Assembly (NCBI RefSeq): GCF_032444005.1
Contig: NC_091287.1
Coordinates: forward strand, 36,580,001 to 36,644,000
Direction: 5' to 3'
DNA from: Ranitomeya imitator
Taxonomy: Eukaryota
Length of the DNA: 64,000 bases
This document shows, one piece after another, positions 27,117-40,659 of this stretch. The notes under the pieces are model-generated. The model searched no databases and was not told where the DNA came from. It saw nothing but the letters and a program-made list of their open reading frames with translations. Made by a program: the position numbers and the translations under genes. How positions within the stretch are numbered: position 1 is the stretch's first letter; each line of letters opens with the position of its first letter.

Positions 27117-27950
27117 AACAGCTTGCATGGTTGGGCCATGTTTGTGGCACATAACTATCATGGGTGACGCACATCCATGAGAAATGTGTCTGATAAGCGG
27201 TAAGGTTCATAATCTGGTGCAGTTTTCTCCAAATGAAGACTTATGCTCTCTACATAAGGAGTCCTGCATATGGGGAGGTTCAGAAATGTGCTTACGAGAC
27301 CAAATTATGCAACATTCTGAAACACATACACCATTCAACAACGGTTTGTCAGGTGTAAAATATTCTATATAGTAAGAATGATTTAAAAAATAGGATTAAT
27401 TAATAAAAATAAGCTAATAAAATGCAAAATGAATGAACAAAAGAGAAAGTTATTTAAAAAAAAAAATCCTTAATACAAGGACCCAGAAGAAGCGATGACT
27501 GCAAAGGAAAAGCCGTCAAATATTGATGTGACTTAGATTTCTCTTTTGTTCGCTTTAAATTGTTTCTTTATCAATTAACACTTATTTGTTTTTTAGCATT
27601 CTCACACATGCCTAAAGTTTTTGCACAGTACTGTATGTATGTTTAGGAAATGTAAAAAAATCCTCACTAATTTAGTATAAAATCTTTGGCCCTTTAAGAC
27701 AGGGAAGCCAAATCCAGGCTCTCTGCAGTCTGACTATCTCAACAGCTGTGTGATACTTCCCGCCTCTGAGCTGAGATACCACTGTGTACAGCATGGAAAC
27801 ACAAGTGTTAGTCAGTGTTACAGACCGCGCTCACTATACACTGAGAGGTGACTGTCCACTCCTATGACTGAAAGCCTCAGTCTGTCTGGAGAAATTTTTA
27901 CAATTCTGACCACTGTCAGTTTGAGGTTATTATAGCTCTGGAACGCTTCA

Positions 27951-28265
27951 GGCTATGTGCACACGTTCAGGATTTCTTGCAGAAATTTCCTGAGCAAAAA
28001 CGGACATTTTCTGCAAGAAATCCGCATGTGTTTTTTTAGCTTTCTCGCGCTTGACGCGTTTTTTGTGCGTTTGACGCTTCCCCATGCATTAAATAGCGGG
28101 GAAAACGCGAAAAATCCGCAAAATTAATGAACATGATGCGTTTTTCACCGCAATGCGTTTTTTTGTGGAAAAAAACGCATCATGTGCACAAAAATTGCGG
28201 AATGCATTCTAAATGATGGGATGCGGTTTTTATAGCAAAAAAAAACGCAACGTGTGCACACAGCC
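27951..28265. mobile_element. Harbinger-type MITE
   Basis: TIR GGCTATGTGCACACG / CGTGTGCACACAGCC; same family as 60668-60983. Confidence 0.8.
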
Positions 28266-28420
28266 TAAACGTATCCCACTGATTCTGAGATTATTTTTTC
28301 ATGACATATTGTACTTCATGTTAGTGGTAACATTTATTCGATATGACTTGCATTTATTTATGAAAAAATAGAAATTTGGAAAATTTTGCAATCTTCAAAC
28401 TTCTCATTTTGTGCCCTTAA

Positions 28421-29110
28421 AGGGAACCTGTCACCCTGTTTTTTAAGTATGAGATAAAAATACTGTTAAATAGGGCCTGAGCTGTGCGTTACTATAGTGT
28501 ATTTTGTGTACCCTGATTCCCCACCTATGCTGCCGAAATAACTTACCAAAGTCGCCGTTTTCGCCTGTCAATCAGGCTGGTCTGGTCAGATGGGTGTGGT
28601 GACATCACTGTTTCTTCCCCCAGATCTTGCATATCTTTCCGTTGGTGGCGTAGTGGTTTGCGCATGCCCAACTTCTGAATCCACTGCGCAGGCGAAGAAA
28701 AAACGCGCGATCGGCGCTATTTCCCTGGTGATCGGTGGGGGCGGCCATCTTCCTGAGGCTGCGCATATGGAGTCCTCTGCTGCCCGGGGCTTCAGGAAAA
28801 TGGCCGCGGGATGCCGCGCGTGCGCAGATGGAGATCGCTGCGGCCATTTTCCTGAAGCCGAGTTCGCATCTCGGCTTCAGGAAAATGGCCGCCGCGATTG
28901 CGTTTGCATGCATTTTGCGATGCATGCGTCTTTTTTGCCGCAAGCGTTCGGGCGCAGAGGACGCAGCAAGATGCATTTTTTTTGCGTCTAAAATCCGGCA
29001 AAAAAAGGACGCATGCGTCGCAAAACTATGCGTTTTGCATGCGTTCTTGTTTGCGTTGTGCGTTGTGTCACCGACGCAGCACTGCACAACGCAAATGTGA
29101 ACGTAGCCTT
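28421..29110. mobile_element. T2/Kolobok-like MITE left arm followed by a Harbinger-type MITE fragment
   Basis: TTAA-AGGGAACCTGTCACC start; 28421-28870 is the reverse-complement homologue of 41660-42079; fragment ends TGTGAACGTAGCC|TTA at about 29110. Confidence 0.7.
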
Positions 29111-29879
29111 ACCAATACCGTTGCTGCAGACTGGGATTAGGGGGTGTCCAGTGGTGCTACGTGGGTGTCCGGCGGTGCTGCTGCACGTGTCTCTGGTCAG
29201 ATGCTGCTGCGGGGAGCTCTGCCAACATTTTGTGAAAGGCCAGAGCCCCCACAGTGCCATGGTTTCCTGTGTGGACTCCAGGAAAATGGCCGCCAGGGTG
29301 GCGCATGCGCAGATGGAGATCTCGGGAGATGAGATGTCAGCGCTGAGATCTCATCTCCCTAGATAGGAATTAGGTATTCATATTGCAGACTGCTGACAGG
29401 ACACTGATCCCTCACTGACCTGCCCCCTAGTTTACACAATAAATATATGTAATGAAAAAAAGATATCCAGCAGCATGATCGCATTTATAATATGCATAAA
29501 TTGATTTAATCATATAAATTTATTGTGAAAAAATAAAATCTCTCAAAATGGCGCTCAGCGCAGTAGCATCTATCAGTGATCCGATAGATACTACTGTGCC
29601 GCCATCTTGCTGGAGACTGCAGCACCATTTTGAGTTGTTTTTTTACCCCAGGATCAATGTATATGACTAAATAAAACAATTTAATGCACATTATAGATGC
29701 GAGCATGCTGTAGTCAGGCGCAGGCCTGCTTGTATGTGAATGTTTTTTTTCTTCAATACATATATTTAGTATGTAAAATATTGGGCAGATCAGTGACCTG
29801 TCAGAATCCATACACATGAATCAGCTAATCAGAGCACCACATGAAGAGCGCCGAGGGACAGACAGCGGAAGGTAAGTAT

Positions 29880-30096
29880 GAAGTGTTTGTTGTTTTTTTA
29901 CTTTTACGCTGGTAACCAGGGTAAACATCGGGTTACTAAGCGCGGCCCTGCGCTTAGCAACCCGATGTTTACCCTGGTTACCGGCGTCTCTGGAGAGCGG
30001 TCTGTGTGACAGCTCTCCAGCGACCAAACAGCGACGCTGCAGCGATCCGGATCGTTGTCGGTATCGCTGCAGCGTCGCTCAGTGTGACGGTACCTT
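29880..30096. mobile_element. Harbinger-type MITE fragment (right half)
   Basis: Hairpin GGTAACCAGGGTAAACATCGGGTTACTAAGCGC / GCGCTTAGCAACCCGATGTTTACCCTGGTTACC; end GTGTGACGGTACC|TTA; related to 63337-63762. Confidence 0.65.
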
Positions 30097-31339
30097 AAAG
30101 CAACCACAAGATAGATTTCATCACCAGGTATCATTGTAATCAGTATAACGGCGCCGACCTGACACTGTCTGTAGGTTACTGTGCACAATCCTGCTGACAG
30201 ATTCCCTTTAAACTGAATGGATGAATAATTGACTCCATAAACATTTTTGAAGTGTTTTTTCTAGTTTTATATTCCACCACAATGTAACACAAATCACGTA
30301 ATACTCTATGAATGACAAAATCAATCCAGAAAAAATTTGGGATGTAAATATTTTGAAAGTGTAGTTGATGTACTACTACACTCAGACATTTAGTACAAAG
30401 TGCAAAGACAGGAAAAAGGAGGGTAATCCAGTGATTCTTTTCAGATGTCTGCTTCTTCTCCTTCCTGAAGGGACTGCCTCCACCTGCTTCTGTGAGCCCC
30501 ATTCCCAGGTGCCTGGGCTGTAAGTGACCTGGCTTCTGGTAGTGCTGGAGACCCCGACATGTAAAAATGGATGACAGTCCCATGTCACCTGCACCATCGC
30601 CTGCTCCCATATAGGTGGGGAACCCCAAGGACAGCCAGATCTCTCTGTGCCACCTTGAGGAGCCTTTCCCAGGAACTTGCATTTCGCAGAAAGGGTTCAT
30701 CCTGCTCACACCCACTGCATACCAGCAATGTTCCCCCTCCATTTTGAGGACCGTGATCCTGGTTCAAGCTTTCAGCTCTTGCAGCCTTCGAGGCAAGTGT
30801 TCCTTCTCTACTGCCCCCTGGTTGAAAGATGTGGCATGTACCAAACTCTTCTATGCACCCCCATCTCCACTGCTGGTCTTACCCCCGCAATGACAATTGT
30901 CGGTACCTTGCGGCTAGTGGCTAGGCCCCGACCAGCCTAGGCCCCGCAGTCGCTCACCAACTGATGGATCCAGACTCTCTCGTCCGCAAGAACCACAGCG
31001 GTGAAGGCTACAGCCTGGATTCGGGCCTTGGTGGTTCCAAGAAAACAGCCGGTACCAGACCACACGCTCCTGCCTACTCTGCTTTCACGCCAGCTTGGTC
31101 TGGCTCCGATATTCTTCCAGTCATTCCCTGTGGAGTCTCACGGGATTCTGCAGCCATCATCGCCCACCAAGCACTTAACACCATATGGATGAGTCCCAAA
31201 AAATTTGTAAAACTTTTTTTTTTTTTAGTGTTATACGCCAACGAAATGTACCACAAAGCCAGTAATACTTAATGGATGACATTATATTACATTTTTTCTC
31301 CTCCCCCCAAAAATAATGTGGGCACGTGACAAAGATATA

Positions 31340-32914
31340 TACTGCTCAAAAATAATAAAGGGAACACTAAAATCCCACATCCTAGATATCTCTGAATGAA
31401 ATATTCCAGTTGCAAATTTTTATTTATTGCATAGTGGAATGTGTTCAGAACAATAAAACATAATTATCAATGTAAATCAAAATGAATATTCCACCGACGT
31501 CTAGATTTGGAATGATGCTCAAAATCAAAGTGGAAAATGAAGTTACAGGCTGATCCAACTTCAGTGGAAATGCCTCATGACAAGGTAAAGATGCTCAGTA
31601 TTGTTTGTGGCCTCCACGTGCCTGTATGACTTCCCTACAACGCCTGGGCATGCTCCTGATGAGGCGGCGGATGGTCTCCTGAGGGATCTCTTCCCAGACC
31701 TGGACTAAAGCATCTGCCAACTCCTGGACAGTCTGTGGTGCAACGTGACGTTGGTGGATGGAGCGAGACATGATGTCCCAGAAGTGCTCAATCGGATTCA
31801 AGTCTGGGGAACGGATGGGCCAGTTCATAGCTTCAATGCCTTCATCTTGCAGGAACTGCTGAAACACTCCAGCCACATGAGGTCTGGCATTGTCCTGCAT
31901 TGGGAGGAACCCAGGGCCAACCGCACCTCCATATGGTCTCACACGGGGTCTGAGGATCTCATCTCGGGACCTAATGGCAGTCAGGCTACCTCTGGCGACC
32001 ACATGGAGGGCTATGCGTCCCTCCAAAGAAATGCCACCCCACACCATTACTGACCCACTGCCAAACTGGTCATGCTGAAGGATGTTGCAGGCAGATCGCT
32101 CTTCACGGCATCTCCAGACTCTGTCACGTCTGTCACATAGGCTTAGTGTGAACCTGCTTTCATCTGTGAAGAGCACAGGGCGCCAGTGGCGAATTTGCCA
32201 ATCCTGGTGTTTTGTGGCAAATGCCAAGCGTTCTGCACGGTGTTGGGCTGTGAGCACAACCCCCATCTGTGGACGTCGGGCACTCCGACCATCTTCATGG
32301 ACTTGGTTTCTAACAGTTTGTGCAGACACATGCACATTTGTGGGCTGCTGGAGGTCATTTTGCAGGTCTCTGGCAGAGCTCCTCCTGTTCCTCCTTGCAC
32401 AAAGGTGGAGATAGCGGTCCTGCTGCTGGGTTGTTGCCCTCCTACGGCCCCCTCCACATCTCCTGGTGTACTGGCCTGTCTCCTGATAGCGCCTCCAGCA
32501 TCTGGACACTACGCTGACAGACACAGCAAACCTTCTTACTACAGCTTCCATTGATGTGCCATCCTGGATGAGCTGCACTACCTGAGCCACTTGTGTGGGT
32601 TGTAGAGTCCGTCTCATGCTACCACGAGTGTGAAAGCACAACCAACATTCAAAAGTGACCAAATCATCAGCCAGAAAACATTGGTACTGAGATGTGGTCT
32701 GTGGTCCCCACCTGCAGGACCACTCCTTTATTGAGTGTGTCTTGATAATTGCCAATAATTTCCATCTGTTGTCTATTCCATTTGCACAATAGCATTTGAA
32801 ATTGATTGACAATCAGTGTTGCTTCCTAAGTGGATAGTTTGATTTCATAGAAGATTAATTTACTTGGAGTTATATTCTGTTGTTTAAGTGTTCCCTTTAT
32901 TTTTTTGAGCAGTG
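31340..32914 (-). mobile_element. Full-length Tc1 transposon (1575 bp)
   Basis: TIRs (C)ACTGCTCAAAAATAATAAAGGGAACACT / AGTGTTCCCTTTATTTTTTTGAGCAGTG; TA on both sides. Confidence 0.95.
31595..32617 (-). CDS. Tc1 DD34E transposase, 340 aa, open frame
   Basis: ATG at 32617 ([12 protein letters not shown]...); paired-like HTH; [21 protein letters not shown] with 34 residues between the second D and E. Confidence 0.9.
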   Translation of the reverse strand: MRRTLQPTQVAQVVQLIQDGTSMEAVVRRFAVSVSVVSRCWRRYQETGQYTRRCGGGRRRATTQQQDRYLHLCARRNRRSSARDLQNDLQQPTNVHVSAQTVRNQVHEDGRSARRPQMGVVLTAQHRAERLAFATKHQDWQIRHWRPVLFTDESRFTLSLCDRRDRVWRCREERSACNILQHDQFGSGSVMVWGGISLEGRIALHVVARGSLTAIRSRDEILRPRVRPYGGAVGPGFLPMQDNARPHVAGVFQQFLQDEGIEAMNWPIRSPDLNPIEHFWDIMSRSIHQRHVAPQTVQELADALVQVWEEIPQETIRRLIRSMPRRCREVIQARGGHKQY

Positions 32915-33544
32915 TATATTTAGCAATGGACTACAAAGCCCTAAGCCCTGCCTAGAGAGCGTATTCTGCCACTCTCTCTGCTCCTGCAACTGTCCCTCCC
33001 CAGCCTAAATACAGAACGTATCTGATACAAACAGCCAAGCACAGAGTTAGCTCATACAAGGGCTGTTAGTATGATGGTTCAGGATCAGCACCAATGCTAG
33101 AGGACTGTTATTCATTCAACCGTGCCCACACAACCCTGGACAAGCTCTCTCCCTGGTGGTCAGCGCTCATACACACAGCCGATCTGATTATCTCATGTTA
33201 TTGCAGCTTATAGTCTCCTTTGGAGACAATTGAAGCAAGTTAAAAGTAAAAAAAATGTTTTGTTCAAAATACCCCCCTTTTGCCCCATCCAAAATAAAAC
33301 AATTAAAATATACACTTATTTGCTATCTTCGCATTCAGAATCGCCCGATCTATCAAGCTATGAAAAGAATTAATCTGATCGGTAAACGGCATAGCAGGAA
33401 ACAAAGTCAAAACGCATTAAAATGGAATAATGGGGGATCAAAAGACTATATCCACACCAAAATGGTAGAATTAAAAACGCCAGTTCGGCACGCATAATGT
33501 AAGCCCTCACCTGGCTCCAAATCACAAAAAATAACAACATCACG

Positions 33545-34150
33545 ATAGGTGATATCACAGTTCACCTCCTCCTCCTGTACAAAAACTGATAACATCTCTA
33601 TATACAGTAGATAACACAGGATCCACCATTCACAATAGGTGATGTCACAGCTCACCTCCTCCTCCTGTATAATGACTGATAACACCTCTATATACAGTAG
33701 ATACAGGATCCACCATACACAATAGGTGATGTCACAGCTCACCTCCTCCTCCTGTGCAATGACTGATAACACCTCTATATACAGTAGATAACACAGGATC
33801 CACCATACACAATAGGTGATGTCACAGCTCACCTCCTCCTCCTGTGCAATGACTGATAACACCTCTATATACAGTAGATAACACAGGATCCACCATACAC
33901 AATAGGTGATGTCACAGCTCACCTCCTCCTCTGCGATGACGGATAACACCTCTATATACAGTAGATAACACAGGATCCACCATACACAATATCTACTGTA
34001 CATAGAGGTGTATAACACAGGATCCACCATCCACAATAGGTGATGTCACAGCTCACCTCCTCCTCCTGTATAATGACGGATAACACCTCTACATACAGTA
34101 GATAACACAGGATCCACCATACACAATAGGTGATATCACAGCTCACCTCC
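33545..34150. repeat. 90-bp tandem repeat (CAATAGGTGATGTCACAGCTCACCTCCTCCTCCTGT...GGATCCACCATACA)
   Basis: About 6-7 units, period 90 (e.g. 33721/33811); 30-aa periodicity in ORF 33446..34036. Confidence 0.92.
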
Positions 34151-34534
34151 CACAGTTCTCTGTGCAGTGGAGCAACCAGGATCAGTGGGTGTCTCAGAGG
34201 CAGGACACAATTGATCATATTGTAGCGATATGCCATCAAGATAAGATATCCAAGTTTTAATACAGCCCTTTGAAAAGGATTTCTGGGGATGCTGTGTTCC
34301 AATATGAAGGCCGTCAATAATTGAGGGCAGAACAAATTTCTTGTTCTGCTTGGGTTTTGCTATTAATTAATACAGTTGGTTATGAGGGAAGAAGAGGTAA
34401 CACCTTGGAAAACATCTGTAGCAGTTTTATTATACACCCTGACACACGGAAACAACAGTTTTTGTTCCAATCCCTGAAAATTCATAAAAAAAACAAAAAA
34501 CTGCAGTTGCAGGTTAAAAAAAAAACCAAACATC

Positions 34535-35407
34535 TTATTTTTTCTCCGTTTTTTTCATGGATCCAGGAAGAGTTTTTGTCATTTTTTTCACAAGCGATTT
34601 CTTTACTTTAACTTTACGCTTCTTTTTTGGGTTTGGGACGATCTTCTTAACTTTTAGCTCCTGCAGCTTCACATCTGGCGGACGCTCAGAGGGGGAGAAT
34701 TTCCGTTTTCTGGAGGGAGTAGGAATAACGATTTTCTCCTCTTCAGATTCAGAGTTTTCCACTGAAACACAGACATCTTCAATTTGCCCAAGTCCGGTCG
34801 GTAGCCAAGGAACATGTAGAGGGGGAACTCGTGCCTTTATCGCTAACACTTGCTCTCGAAACACATCAGAGCTTTTTCGGAAGCCCAGTGCCAGCACAGA
34901 CTTCAGGCCGAGAGCTGGAGCCACGTTCTCGCTGAGTCGCGGCAGCTGACACGCAGGGGCCTCCCGGCTGTAGCTGAGCTCTATGATGTGCCTTGTGATC
35001 ATCTCCGGCTTTGCAGACTTACACACCATCACCATGTCCAGGTCATTCTTCTCCAGGGCCCGGGTGACCTCATTAATCCCTATGGCCAGCTGTTTCCTGA
35101 GATCTGCATAAGTCCAACCTGTCTTCTGTGCCTCCTTCTCCTCCGGGATCTCTGTGTCGGCGACTTTCTCTTTGTTTCCATCAGAAAGTTTTCCTTTTTT
35201 ACCCTTTTTGCCCTTTGATAATCTTGTATGGTTCTCTATCTTTTTTAGTCCAAGTTCCTCAAACTTTTTCAGTAAAGTCTGGAGGATGAACTGCATGTCA
35301 TCTCCAACCACCGGGGTCCAGATCTTCTCATATGGGCTGTTTAGAGACGTCTTCGACACAATTGGCTTTGATTTCCGTATGGGCCCTTTGGGGGTCTTGG
35401 CTGCCAT
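34535..35407 (-). CDS. RPP38: Ribonuclease P/MRP subunit p38, intact single coding exon (290 aa)
   Basis: KTSLNSPY, DMQFILQTL, L7Ae-type core LAIGINEVTRALEK...PACQLPRLSE...GLKSVLALGF, Lys-rich tail. Convergent with NMT2 as in other vertebrates. Splice acceptor (TTTTTTTTCTAG) at 35427-35428; AATAAA on - at 34426-34431. Confidence 0.95.
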   Translation of the reverse strand: MAAKTPKGPIRKSKPIVSKTSLNSPYEKIWTPVVGDDMQFILQTLLKKFEELGLKKIENHTRLSKGKKGKKGKLSDGNKEKVADTEIPEEKEAQKTGWTYADLRKQLAIGINEVTRALEKNDLDMVMVCKSAKPEMITRHIIELSYSREAPACQLPRLSENVAPALGLKSVLALGFRKSSDVFREQVLAIKARVPPLHVPWLPTGLGQIEDVCVSVENSESEEEKIVIPTPSRKRKFSPSERPPDVKLQELKVKKIVPNPKKKRKVKVKKSLVKKMTKTLPGSMKKTEKK

Positions 35408-38400
35408 GTTGTTGCTATTTTTTGCCCTAGAAAAAAAAAGAAATATATATTTTGATTAGTAGAGGAATATGTAATTCAACTCAACTCAACTCCATAAGTA
35501 GGAAGCTGACATTTTTCTGCAACACCTGAGGTTATGAGTAGCTCCAATCCCGGTTGTTTGTCCTTTAGATGCTATGGCCAAAAGCAAACAAGGCATCTAA
35601 GCAGTTAAAAAAAGGAAGAAGCTCCATAGGAGCCAATGGTACAAAGGGGTATCTGGTCTTCCTTGGCAACTAAGGGCCTGAGTTCAATGATCCTGTTTCC
35701 AGGTGTACCATCTTCTGAAAAAGGGAAGAGTCTCTAACTTGGGTGAGGATCACAACGTAATGCTCAGACTGGCCGGCGGCTGTCCTGACCCGAGCCTGAC
35801 CGCGTCATGTATTTCTATACAGCTTGCACGCTCAATTCATTAGAGCTGCCGGCCAGTCCGTGCACTGCGGTCTCATCTCACTTTAATTTATTTGGTCGTA
35901 TGACTGAACCTCCCACCAAAAAAATGTCTTGGGACTTGTTTTATTTGAAGACCTAGTTGTTCTGGATGACACCATTCATTTTACCATATAATTTAAAAGG
36001 GGTTGTCCAGATATATTAGGAAATTCTACAGTCACTCTACAGTGGCATATAAAGTTTGTGCACCCCTGGTGAAGATTACGGTTATTGCCAACAGTTAAGC
36101 AAGTTGAAGATGAAATGACCTCTAAAATGTCTAAAGTTAAAGATCACACATTTCATTTGTATTTTAGGCAAAAAATTTAAAAAAAAAAATGTAAACAAAA
36201 ATTACAAAACGGAAAGTGGGCCAATGCAAACGTTTGGGCACTCTTGGAGATTTGTGTGCTCAGATAACTTTTAAGGTCTGAAACCTTATTCAATGTTCAC
36301 CATTATGGTTAGGAAAGGCCAGGTGATGAAAATTTCCCAGCTTTTATAAAAACCCAGCCTCCTCTAACCTTTTGCTAAAACAGCAGTCATGGGTTCTTCT
36401 AAGCAGCTGCCTAGCCTATGAAAATGAAAATGGTGGAGGCCCACAAAGCAGGAGAAAGCTATAAGAAGAGAGCAAAGCGTTTTTAAGTTGCTCTTTCCTC
36501 AGTTCAAAATGTAATTAAGAAATGGCAGCTTACAGAAACAGTGGAGGTCAAGATAAGGTCTGGAAAACCAAGTCAAATTTCAGTGAGCGCTGCTCGTAGG
36601 ATTGCTAAAGAGGTAAATTAGAACCCTCGCTTGACTGCAAAAGACCTTCAGAAAGATTTAGAAGATTCTGGAGTTGTGGTACATTGTTCTACTGTTCAGA
36701 GACACCTGCACAAATATGGCCTTCATGTAAGAGTCATCAGAAGAAAACTTCTCCCGTGTCCTCACTATCAAATTCAGAGTCAGAAGTTCGCAAAAGATCA
36801 TCTAAACAAGCCTGATGCATTTTGGAAACAAGTCCTGTGGACCAATGAAGTAGAGCTCTTTGGTCACAATGATCAAAGGTATGTGTGGAGGAAAAAAAAT
36901 AAACCATCTTGCCAACCATTAAACACGGAGGTAGTTCAATCATGCTTTGGGGTTGTGTTTCAGCCAATGGCACGGGGAACATTTCAGGGGTAAAGGGAAG
37001 AATGAATTCAATTACATTTGAACAAATTGATGCAAACATAACACTATCTGTAAAAAAGTTGATGTTGAAAAGAGGAAGGATTCTAGAAATGGATAATGAT
37101 CATAAACACACGTCAAAATCCACAATAGACAACCTCAAAAGGTGCAACCTGAAGGTTTTACAATGGCCCTTACAGTCCCCTGATCTGATCATCATAGAAA
37201 TCTGTGGCTAGACCTCAAAATAGCAAAGGATGCAAGATGACCCAGGAATCTCACAGAACTGGTATGATTTTCAAAGGAAAAATGGATGAAAAACCCTCAA
37301 AAATAGGGATTTTTGTGTACTCACCGTAAAATCCTTTTCTCCGAGCCATTCATTGGGGGACACAGACCATGGGTGTATGCTGCTGCCACCAGGAGGCTGA
37401 CACTAAGTAATACAAAGAAAAAGTTAGCTCCTCCCCTGCAGTATACACCCTCCTGCTGGCTCCCAGCTAACCAATTCGGTGCAAAAGCAGTAGATCAATA
37501 ACGACATATAAGCGTAAAGCATGTCACATTATATATAAGAGTATAACATATCAAAAGATAAAAACAAAGCATAAGCTAATAACCGGGTGGGAGCTGTGTC
37601 CCCCAATGAATGGCTCGGAGAAAAGGATTTTACGGTGAGTACACAAAAATCCCTATTTCTCCTTCGCCTCATTGGGGGAGACAGACCATGGGACGTCCCA
37701 AAGCAGTCCCTGGGTGGGGACAACATCACTTCAGGCCGTGTAGCCGCTAATTACAAGTGCGCCACCGCGGCCTGCAAAGTCCACCTGCCCAGACTCACAT
37801 CTGTGGAAGTGAGTGAATTATAGTGCTTCAAGAATGCATGCGGCCTGGAGGAATTCGCAAGCCTGCGGTCGTGCTTGCCGACGTCTGGCGCCTAGAGCCC
37901 TCAGACAGGGAGATAGGCTGGCATCTAGCGCGAAAGGACTCCTGGATGGAGAAAAGAATCCACCAGGCTAACGTGGCCGAAGAAAAACGGCTAAACCCTT
38001 CCTGCGACCGTCAGGAAGTCTACTTACCATCGAAAAACCCGAGTAAAATGTCCAACCTTTGGAAGGACGTCGTCCTCGATACGTACCCACTCGGAGCACT
38101 CGCTTCTTCCAGATTATGGAGAACCCATTCCGCTTTGTGGACTAGAGCCGAAGGAGATGAGAGGACGATGCCCCTGCAACAGTGGAGATATAATACCCCT
38201 TGGCAACGAGGGAAGGGGATGGCTAGAGGGCAACCTTGCCTTGAAGGTAATAAGGAAAAAAGATAAAGAACACAGCGTCGAGATCTGAAGACTCATCAGG
38301 AGGACAAGAATGCAGAGAAAGAATGGGAGAGACCCTCCCTGATAGAAAAGTCTATCCGGATCAGAAAAGGAGTCCACTGTAAGATGCCCAGGACCATTAA

Positions 38401-40659
38401 GGTCCCACGGATTTAACGGTACGCAGTAGGGAAGAACTACAGGTTGAGGCCTGCAAGAAAGACCATATTTCCAGCTTGAGACAATAAGCTGGAAAAATAC
38501 TAGTACCGCAAGCGAGAAAAAAAACCTGACATGGTCAGTGCGGGTCTCCCGGGATCACTGGGGCCCTACCCGCTTCCGAAAAGGTTTCAGACGTAGTGGA
38601 AGAGGGGTTATGGAAATTGGTACCATGGAAGAATAGATCATGCACTGCAATGGTCTTGGATCGCGAGGCCAAACCATGAACTGGAGTACATTGGCGTTCA
38701 GCTTGGACGCCATCCGAACTACCTCTGGAGTACTCCAGTGAAGGCAGGTCCGATGGAAGATTTCCGAGTGAAGTTCCCACTCACTTGAGGAAAAACCCGG
38801 ACGGCTGAATATGTCTGCCGTCCAGTGTTCTACTCCAGGGAATGTACTGTTGAGATCACCGAAGATAGAACTCGGCCCATCAGAGAGTGCGAGGTACCTT
38901 AGCCATGGCGCTTGACTGAGGGTACTTGCTAGATGGCTAACTTGGGGCACAGCCGAGACATTATCCAACTGAAGACCCGCCAGAAGGCAGAGGGCCTGCT
39001 GAAGGAATAGCCGTACCGTTCGGATCTACAGAGAGATGATCGGGAGAAGAAAACTGGCAATGGTATCTCCCAATAGCCCTTGGGCCAGGAGAAGGCTCTG
39101 GAAGAGAAAGGAGCTCAGAGACTACCCTTTGAGAGCCTGATTGACTTGCAGAAAACGAGCGCAGCGAAGGAAACTGCTTCCGTAGACGTCCTTTCCCTCA
39201 GAACCCTCCTAGCGAATTGAAAGAACCGAGGGAATGAGAGATCGAGTGCGCAAGCTCCCTGTAGAAGGGCCACGACCTAGACCCGAGAGAGAATAACCAT
39301 CCTTCTTGGGCAGGATCATCCTCAAAGAGGATCTGCTGGGCTGAGAATGAGGGAAAAAAACTTGTCTAAGTTTAGCTGCTAGCCCAATAGAGAGGTAATT
39401 GCAAGTGATATGGACGACTCAGCGTAGTCCTAGGAGAGCGGCTACAAAGTCGACCAAATAGGGCAGGACGACCATGCTTCTAAGGTGCCAGAAGAACATG
39501 ACAACCGTCATGACCCTTGCGACCACTCTGGTGTGGTAGCCAGGCAGAAGGGCCAGGTCGTGAAAATACTGTTCGCGAATGGAAAGGCGAAGAGATTATA
39601 GTGGAGAGGAGAAATAGGTATGTGAGGGTAAGAATCCCGAATGACGATGGATGCCAGAAAACAACCACGTTTCTCTGTTGAAGTAGTGGCTGAGCGGAGG
39701 AACTCCATCCGAAAAAAGAAAGGGCCCTGTCAAAGGTTGTTAGAAGTTTGGGGTCCAGGAATGGAGATACTTTTCATTCCCTCCATTTTGGAACCAAGAT
39801 CCCTTAGATCTAGACTGTCCTGGCCAATGCTTCCACTGCTGGTTGAGCCTGAAGAAGAGATACGATCCCTTGCTAGTCTCCCGCTCAGAAGATTTGATTG
39901 GCCAGCTATACTGTGGAACGAAGTAGATAAGGTCTGGGACCCGGAGACTTTCATTCTCTCCCTTTGGTCAAGCAACCCATGTGGCGGCTAAGGAAGGGTA
40001 GAGCGCTGAACCCGAAACCACAAGATGGAACGAACTAGATTTTCTATCCGACCGTCTGTGGAATCTTAATTGATGATACACCGGCTAGGATACTGGTAGG
40101 AATACCGCAAGAAATTCTGCCCGGCAAGTCTGCCAAGTGACAGAATGCGGGACTGTAACCAGCAGGTCTCTGCCATCGTCGTGCAGAGAAGAAAATAAGG
40201 AAAAAACCTCGATCCACCATCTTCTTAACAGGGAAGTGGAGAGGAATCGTCCACTTTCTTGCATCTGATACAAAGGGGGGAAAACCTCCTTGTTGGGACG
40301 CCACAAATGTGGACGCCACATCCCCAGAATTGAGGTTTCTGAGTGGACAGGGCAGGTTGTGGCGATAGACCTGGATGCAGAAGAAGATACATGGAGGCGA
40401 CACTCCGTGTGCTCGTCTGTTGAAGGTGTGGGGGGAAATCGGAGCCCTTTAAGGGACCCGTCGCCCATAAAATTCCGACCAGGTATGGTATCCTACTTAG
40501 AGGTCTTCCAGTGCATCACCGTCAAATGTTGATGGAGATTTTCTAGAACCTGTACGTTTTTCTAGAATACTTGCGGCCCCTGCTAGCCGACGGCTCCCAT
40601 TGTAGGAGAGGGAGCATGTGAGTGCTCCAGAGCTCAGTTAGGGTGACCAGCTTAGGATA

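Noticed and set aside
32618-32812. N-terminal 65 aa of the ORF-track Tc1 protein
   Set aside because: Starts at a non-ATG codon inside the TIR/UTR; the transposase-like sequence begins at ATG 32617.
33446-34036. Cys/Tyr/Trp-rich repeat protein; likewise ORFs at 17944-18902 and 44678-45656
   Set aside because: These are translations of the 90-, 20- and 21-bp tandem arrays.
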